From the NCBI GenBank assembly GCA_965207735.1, contig OZ242296.1, positions 2,176,001 to 2,240,000 of the forward strand: DNA of 64,000 nt, given 5' to 3'. The notes beneath the pieces were generated by a model. That model made no database searches. It was not told the origin of the DNA and saw only the letters and a program-made list of their open reading frames with translations. The position numbers were made by a program, and so were the translations under genes. This document shows positions 57,984 through 64,000 of the stretch, in pieces; within the stretch, counting starts at the first letter, position 1; each line of letters begins with the position of its first letter. This DNA comes from Candidatus Versatilivorator sp. GTDB lineage: Bacteria > Acidobacteriota > Terriglobia > Versatilivoradales > Versatilivoraceae.

Positions 57984-60149
57984 ATGGCGCAGAGAAACAA
58001 GACGAGACCGAGCAAGCGCAAGCGATCGGCCTTGAGGGCAGCCTCCTCGCCCAAGGCAAGTGCCCCCGGCACAACCGAAACCGGAAGGGCTCAATCGTCC
58101 CCGGTTCCTCGCGAGTCCAGGCGGTTGTTTGACCGGTTCTCGGGCCGGGGTGCGCTGGCCGCCCTGGCGCTGGGCCTGCTGGCGGGGGTGTGCTACCTGC
58201 CGGCAATGCTTTGGGGCGGCTTTGTCTGGGATGACTTCATCTGGTTTCAGTCCCGGGCGGTGCTGGAGTGGTCCGGCCTCGGCGACATCTGGTCCTGGCC
58301 GTCGCGCATTCACCGAGAGGTGCACTACTGGCCTCTGACCTATACCACCTTTTGGCTGGAACACAAGATGTGGGGCCTGGCTCCGGCCGGCTATCACATC
58401 GTCAACGTGCTGCTGCACCTGCTGAACTCCCTGCTGGTGTGGCGCCTGCTGCTGCGCCTGGCCGTGCCCGGGGCCTGGGTTGCGGCCGCCGTGTTCGCCG
58501 TGCATCCGACGCACGTGGAGTCGGTGGCCTGGATCATCGAGCGCAAGGACGTGCTTTCGGGTCTTTTCTACCTGGCTGCCGTGCTGGTCTGGCTGCGCTT
58601 CCTGGAAAAACCGCGACCCTGGCGCTACGGCCTGGCGCTGCTGCTGTTCGCGGCGGGCCTGTTGAGCAAGTCCATGGTGGTGACGCTGCCGGCGGCCTTG
58701 CTGATTGTCCAGTGGTGGAGGAACGGCCGCATCGCGGTTCGGGATCTGCGGCGCATGGCCCCGTTCTTCCTGGTGGCTCTGCTCATCACGGCACTGGATC
58801 TCTACTCGGTCGGTTCGAAGTCCAGTCTGCTGGACTACTCGCTTCCCGAGAAGATGCTCATCGCGTCGCGGGCCTTGTGGTTCTACGCGGGCAAACTGGT
58901 CTGGCCGGCCGATCTGGCCATCATCTACCCGCGGTGGGACATCAGCCTCGGGGAACCCTGGGCTTGGCTCTACCTGGCCGGGGCGGGTGCACTGGCAGCC
59001 ACGCTGTGGTCGATGCGCCACAGGATTGGGCGCGGTCCGCTGGCCGGAGCCTTGTTCTTCGCAGTGACGCTGTCGCCGGTGCTGGGCTTCGTGAATCACG
59101 GTTACATGGACTACTCCCTGGTGGCCGACCGCTTTCAATACCTGGCCGGCATCGGGGTCATGGCAGTCCTCATCGGCGCCGCCGTACAGGGCGCCGGCCG
59201 GCTGCAGGGCCGATTGAAGTGGGGGGCGGCGGGTCTTCTGGTGGTGGTGCTGGCGCTTCTTGGAACCATGACCTGGAGCCAGGCGGGAATCTACCGGGAC
59301 AAGATCACCTTCTTCAGCCACATCGTCTCTCTCAATCCGGAGGCGCGGAACGCTCACTTCAATCTCAGCCAGGCCTTGGGCAGGGCAGGCCGTACCGAGG
59401 AAGCCCTGGCCCCCGCCCGGATGGCCGTGGAACAGCGCCCGGATGATGCCAGAGCCCTTTGCATGCTCGGTTCCGTACTGATTCACATGGAACGGTTCGC
59501 CGAGGCCGAGGAGACCTTGCGCCGCGCCCTGGAGATCGATCCCGACCACAAGTGCAGTCGCCGGGAAATGGCCCATATGCTACGGATGCAAGGACGCCGT
59601 GAGGAAGCGCTCGACGCCTATCGCGCGCTGCTTGAAATCTACCCCAACTACGCCCTGGCCTATGCCTACGTCGGCCGTGTGCTGGTTCAGCTCCAGCAAT
59701 ACGAAGAGGCCGTCAACCCCCTGAGCAAGGCCCTGGCAATGACCAGGGCGGCATCGTCCGTGACGGCGGAATTGCCCAAACCCGTGTCTGTTCATGTGCT
59801 CCTGGGCACGGCCTTGCGGGAGCTGGGGCGGACCCGGGCGGCGGAGGATCACTTCCGGCAAGCCCTGCAGCTCGACCCGCGCAACAGGGAGGCGCTCGAC
59901 CAGGTCGCCGCGGCGCATTTCAGGCGGAAGCGTTTCCAGGAGGCGCTCGATCTCTATCGAACCCTGTTGGAGATCGCTCCCGACGCGGCATCCGCTCACG
60001 CCGACATCGGCGTGACCCTCTACTACCTGGACCGAACCGAAGAAGCCATCCGGAGCCTGGAGCGGGCTCTTGCCCTGGACCCGTCCCTGGAAACGGCCAG
60101 AAACAATCTCGAAGAGATCCGCAAGAGAATCCGGCAACCGGAGGAATAG
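57984..60149 (+). CDS. TMTC-like GT-C membrane protein with C-terminal TPRs (putative O-mannosyltransferase)
   Basis: FVWDD, YWPLT, YH.VN.LLH, FAVHP.HVESVAWI..RKD, LLSK, ADRFQY, then TPRs. Confidence 0.88.
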   Translation: MAQRNKTRPSKRKRSALRAASSPKASAPGTTETGRAQSSPVPRESRRLFDRFSGRGALAALALGLLAGVCYLPAMLWGGFVWDDFIWFQSRAVLEWSGLGDIWSWPSRIHREVHYWPLTYTTFWLEHKMWGLAPAGYHIVNVLLHLLNSLLVWRLLLRLAVPGAWVAAAVFAVHPTHVESVAWIIERKDVLSGLFYLAAVLVWLRFLEKPRPWRYGLALLLFAAGLLSKSMVVTLPAALLIVQWWRNGRIAVRDLRRMAPFFLVALLITALDLYSVGSKSSLLDYSLPEKMLIASRALWFYAGKLVWPADLAIIYPRWDISLGEPWAWLYLAGAGALAATLWSMRHRIGRGPLAGALFFAVTLSPVLGFVNHGYMDYSLVADRFQYLAGIGVMAVLIGAAVQGAGRLQGRLKWGAAGLLVVVLALLGTMTWSQAGIYRDKITFFSHIVSLNPEARNAHFNLSQALGRAGRTEEALAPARMAVEQRPDDARALCMLGSVLIHMERFAEAEETLRRALEIDPDHKCSRREMAHMLRMQGRREEALDAYRALLEIYPNYALAYAYVGRVLVQLQQYEEAVNPLSKALAMTRAASSVTAELPKPVSVHVLLGTALRELGRTRAAEDHFRQALQLDPRNREALDQVAAAHFRRKRFQEALDLYRTLLEIAPDAASAHADIGVTLYYLDRTEEAIRSLERALALDPSLETARNNLEEIRKRIRQPEE

Positions 60150-60182
60150 TGGCTCGAAGAAGCGCGAACAGAGAGCAAAGAC

Positions 60183-60336
60183 CCCCCGGGAGCGCGGGCG
60201 TCCCGCCTGCACAAGGCCCGGCACCAAGGAAGAGAACTCCGTAGTGGCGGTTTCGGTGCGCTTTGCAAGGGAGTGGCGTGGGTGGGAGGCAGTTTGCAGG
60301 AAAAAGGATGCGGGCGGGAGGCCCGCCCCCCCGGGG
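60183..60336 (+). repeat. Single family B unit
   Basis: Both REP arms plus RAYT-derived interior. Confidence 0.85.
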
Positions 60337-60352
60337 GAAGAAGGGAAACAGA

Positions 60353-62548
60353 ATGGTGAAGAGAAAGAAAAAGAGACGCACTCAGCGCAGGCGCTTGGAC
60401 TCGGGGCCGGCTTCCTCGCCTCAAGCCATGGTCTCCGTCAAAGCCGGGTCCGCAAAAACGCAGTCGTCCTCCGCTCCCCGGCAGGCGACCGGGTTTTTCG
60501 ACGGAATCTCGCGCCGGGATGCGCCGGCCGCCCTGGCTCTGGGCCTGCTGGCGGGGGTCTGCTACCTGCCCGCGATGCTTTGGGGCGGCTTTGTCTGGGA
60601 TGACTTCATCTGGTCTCAGTCCCGGGCGGTCCGAGAGTGGTCCGGTCTCGGCGCCATCTGGACCTGGCCAAATCTGATTGAGAAAGAGGCGCACTACTGG
60701 CCGCTGACCTATACCACCTTCTGGCTGGAACACAAGATGTGGGGACTCGAGCCGGCCGGCTATCACGTCGTCAACGTGCTGCTGCACCTGCTCAACACCC
60801 TGCTGGTGTGGCGCCTGCTGCTGCGTTTGGCCGTGCCCGGGGCCTGGATTGCAGCCGCCGTGTTTGCCGTGCACCCGCTGCACGTGGAGTCGGTGGCCTG
60901 GATTTTCGAGCGCAAGGACGTGCTATCCGGTCTTTTCTACCTGGCTGCCGTGCTGGTGTGGCTGCGCTTCCTGGAAAAACCGCGACCCTGGCGCTACGGC
61001 CTGGCGCTGCTGCTGTTCGCGGCGGGCCTGTTGAGCAAGTCCATGGTGGTGACGCTGCCGGCGGCCTTGCTGATTGTCCAGTGGTGGAGGAACGGCCGCA
61101 TCGCGGTTCGGGATCTGCAGCGGGTGGCGCCGTTCTTCCTGGTGGCGCTGCTCATCACGGCACTGGATCTCTACTCGGTCGGTTCGAAGTCCAGTCTGCT
61201 GGACTACTCGCTTCCCGAGAAGATGCTCATCGCGTCGCGGGCCTTGTGGTTCTACGCGGGCAAGCTGGCCTGGCCAACCGATCTGGCCGTCATCTACCCG
61301 CGGTGGGACATCAGCCTCGGGGACCCCTGGGCATGGCTCTACCTGGCCGGGGCGGCGGCGCTGGCGGCAACGCTGTGGTTCCTGCGCCACAGGATTGGGC
61401 GCGGTCCGCTGGCCGGGGCGCTGTTCTTTGCGGTGACGCTGTCGCCGGTGCTGGGCTTCGTGAATCACGGCTACATGCAGTACTCCTTTGTGGCCGATCG
61501 CTTTCAATACCTGGCCGGCATCGGGGTGATGGCGGTCGTCATCGGCGCCGCCGTACAGGGCGCCGGCCGGCTGCCGGGCCGATTGAAGTCGGGGGCGGCG
61601 GGTCTACTGGTGGTGGTGCTGGCGCTTCTTGGAACCATGACCTGGCGCCAGGCGGAAATCTACCGGGACGCCGTCACCTTCTTCAGCCACATCGCCTCTC
61701 TCAACCCCGAGGCGCGGAGCGCTCACTACAATCTCAGCATCCATTTGACCAGGGCAGGCCGTCCGGAGGAAGCCCTGGCCGCCGCCCGGATGGCCGTGGA
61801 AAACCGCCCTCAGGCCAAAGACCTTTCCACCCTCGGCGCCGCGCTGATTGACATGGAACAGTACGTCGAGGCCGAGGAGGTCTTGCGCCGCGCCCTGGAG
61901 ATTGATTCGAGCCACAAGAATACTCTCCGGCAAATGGCCAGAATGCTCAGGGAACAAGTACGCTTCGAGGAAGCGCTGGAGGCATACCGCCGCTTGCTCG
62001 AAATCGACCCCGAGGACGCACTTGCCCACGGCTACACGGGCAATATACTGTTCAACCTACATCGACCCGACGAAGCCATCGAGCCCCTGAACAGGGCCCT
62101 GACACTCACCCGGGCCGCACGGTCGCTGACACCGGACTTGCCGACGCCGGAGGCTCTGCATGTCCTGCTGGGCAAGGCGTCGTGGGAAGCGGGCCGACTC
62201 CAAGTGGGAGAGGAGCACTTCCGGCAAGCTCTGCAACTCAATTCGCGCAATACAGAGGCACTCGAGCATATCGCCGTTTCGCATTTCAGGCAGAATCGTT
62301 TCCAGGAGGCGCTCGATCTGTATCGAACCCTGTTGGAGATCGATCCCGACAAGGCGTCCACCTACTCCAACCTGGGCGCGGCCTTGTATCAACTGGGCCG
62401 GTTCGAAGAAGCACGCCAAAGCCTGGAGCGCGCGCTCGCCCTGGACCCTACCCTGGAAATGGCCAGATCCAACCTCGAAAAGGTACGCAAGACCGTGCCA
62501 AAGCCGGGGGAAAGCGCGTTCACCCCGATGGCGCCCGCAAGGAAATGA
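60353..62548 (+). CDS. Second TMTC-like GT-C/TPR protein (tandem paralogue)
   Basis: Same motifs; DNA aligns to the upstream gene at a 2369-nt offset. Confidence 0.88.
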   Translation: MVKRKKKRRTQRRRLDSGPASSPQAMVSVKAGSAKTQSSSAPRQATGFFDGISRRDAPAALALGLLAGVCYLPAMLWGGFVWDDFIWSQSRAVREWSGLGAIWTWPNLIEKEAHYWPLTYTTFWLEHKMWGLEPAGYHVVNVLLHLLNTLLVWRLLLRLAVPGAWIAAAVFAVHPLHVESVAWIFERKDVLSGLFYLAAVLVWLRFLEKPRPWRYGLALLLFAAGLLSKSMVVTLPAALLIVQWWRNGRIAVRDLQRVAPFFLVALLITALDLYSVGSKSSLLDYSLPEKMLIASRALWFYAGKLAWPTDLAVIYPRWDISLGDPWAWLYLAGAAALAATLWFLRHRIGRGPLAGALFFAVTLSPVLGFVNHGYMQYSFVADRFQYLAGIGVMAVVIGAAVQGAGRLPGRLKSGAAGLLVVVLALLGTMTWRQAEIYRDAVTFFSHIASLNPEARSAHYNLSIHLTRAGRPEEALAAARMAVENRPQAKDLSTLGAALIDMEQYVEAEEVLRRALEIDSSHKNTLRQMARMLREQVRFEEALEAYRRLLEIDPEDALAHGYTGNILFNLHRPDEAIEPLNRALTLTRAARSLTPDLPTPEALHVLLGKASWEAGRLQVGEEHFRQALQLNSRNTEALEHIAVSHFRQNRFQEALDLYRTLLEIDPDKASTYSNLGAALYQLGRFEEARQSLERALALDPTLEMARSNLEKVRKTVPKPGESAFTPMAPARK

Positions 62549-62550
62549 GT

Positions 62551-64000
62551 TGTCCACGAAGGGGGTCCGTGCAGAACCGTGACGGGGTCAAAAGACTTAT
62601 CCACGAAGGGGGTCCGAGAAGAATCGTGACGGGGTCAAAAGGCTTATCCACGAAGGGGGTCCGAGAAGAATCGTGACGGGGGTTAAAAGATTTCCACGAA
62701 GGGGCACGAAGGTCCACGAAGGGGCACTAAGGCGGCGGAGGTGGATCGGGAGGGGTGCCAGGGGTCGGGTAGGGAAAAGAAAAAGATGTCCACGAAGGGA
62801 GTCCGAGAAGAATCGTGACGGGGTTAACAGATTTCCACGAAGGGGCACGAAGGGGCACTAAGGGGTTGGAGGTGGATCGGGAGGGGGGTGCCAGAGTTCG
62901 GGTAGGAAAAGGAAAAAGATTTCCACGAAGGGAGTCTATGCAGAACCGTGACAGGGGAAAAGGCTTATCCACGAAGGGAGTCCGTGCAGAACCGTGACGG
63001 GGGAAAAGACTTTTCCACGAAGGGGCACGAAGGACCACGAAGGGGCACTAAGGCGTTGGGGGTGGATCGGGAGGGGGTTGCCAGGGTTCGGGTAGGAAAT
63101 GGAAAAAGACATCCACGAAGGGAGTCATTGCAGAACCGTGACGGGGTCAAAAGACTTATCCACGAAGGGAGTCTATGCAGAACCGTGACGGGGGGGAAAG
63201 GCTTATCCACGAAGGGGCACGAAGGTCCACGAAGGGGCACTAAGGCGGCGGAGGTGGATCGGGAGGGGGGTGCCAAGGGTCGGGAAGGGAAAGGAAAAAG
63301 ATTTCCACGAAGGGAGTCTTTGCAAAACCGTGACGGGGAGAAAAGGCTTATCCACGAAGGGGCACGAAGGACCACGAAGGGGCACTAAGGCGTTGGGGGT
63401 GGATCGAGAGGGAGTTGCCAAGGGTCAGGAAGGAAAAGGGAAAAGAAATCCACGAAGGGAGTCCATGCAGAACCCTGACGGGGTCAAAAGACTTATCCAC
63501 GAAACAGTATATTGCCGACCTGGTTTGCTTTGAACAGGTTGAGGATTTCCTTTAACCCCCATCACGATTCTTCTCCGAGCCCTCCGTGGAAATCTTTTTC
63601 CCGTTTCCCCCCTTCCCAATCCCTGGCAACCCCCTCTCGAATTACCTCCGACGCCTTCGTGCCCCTTCGTGGTCCTTCGTGCCCCTTCGTGGAAATCTGT
63701 TAACGCCGCCACGATTCTTCTCGGACCCCCTTCGTGGAAATCCCTTCACCCCCGTCACGATTCTTCTCCGAACCCTCCGTGGACATCTTTTCCCCTTTTC
63801 ACCCCTTCCCGAACCCTGGCAACCCCCTCTCGAATTACCTCCGATGCCTTAGTGCCCCTTCGTGGTCCTTCGTGCCCGTTCGTGGAAATCTGTTAACCCC
63901 CGTCACGATTCCCCTCCGAACCCTCCGTGGAAATCATTTTCCCTTTTCTCCCCTTCTCGATCCGTGGCAACCCCCTCTCGAATTACCTCCGATGCCTTAG
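62551..64000. repeat. Large family C array, direct (62551-63501) then inverted (about 63545 to window end)
   Basis: Many CCACGAAGGG(G)CACGAAGG and CAGAACCGTGACGGGG units; orientation flips around 63502-63540. Confidence 0.93.
63502..63540 (+). pseudogene. Possible 13-codon remnant of a GxxExxY (PD-(D/E)XK) nuclease gene
   Basis: Translates KQYIADLVCFEQV, like the Y.AD(L/F)VC...IIVELK core; very short. Confidence 0.45.

Noticed and set aside
57984-62548. Diversity-generating retroelement behind the paralogue similarity
   Set aside because: No reverse transcriptase; differences are not adenine-specific and span whole genes.

Overview
GC-rich bacterial chromosome segment. Gene content (DUF1501/DUF1553 pair, TonB receptor, NHL- and HEAT-repeat proteins) suggests Acidobacteriota or similar, possibly host/sponge-associated; this is inference. 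Housekeeping and metabolic genes: suhB-like, accD-folC, tRNA-Arg(CCG), hydantoinase A/B, accB-accC-thiE, pilM-N-O/P-Q, acyl-CoA dehydrogenase. Intergenic DNA is packed with at least five palindromic repeat families (labelled A-E here). Four of them are physically tied to a small nuclease/transposase gene or its remnant. A brackets an intact DUF559 (Vsr-like) endonuclease gene as 26-bp inverted ends. B repeats read as internal deletions of an intact RAYT gene. C surrounds a 13-codon GxxExxY-like remnant. D starts right after an IS200-type TnpA C-terminal remnant. Also present: a complete IS1380 inserted into a D repeat, an IS1380-type MITE at the accD stop codon, and a eukaryote-like mannosylation operon (Dpm1-GtrA fusion, PIG-B/GT22-like enzyme, two TMTC-like enzymes) next to a secreted NHL-repeat protein. 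All family calls come from motif recognition by eye, not database searches.
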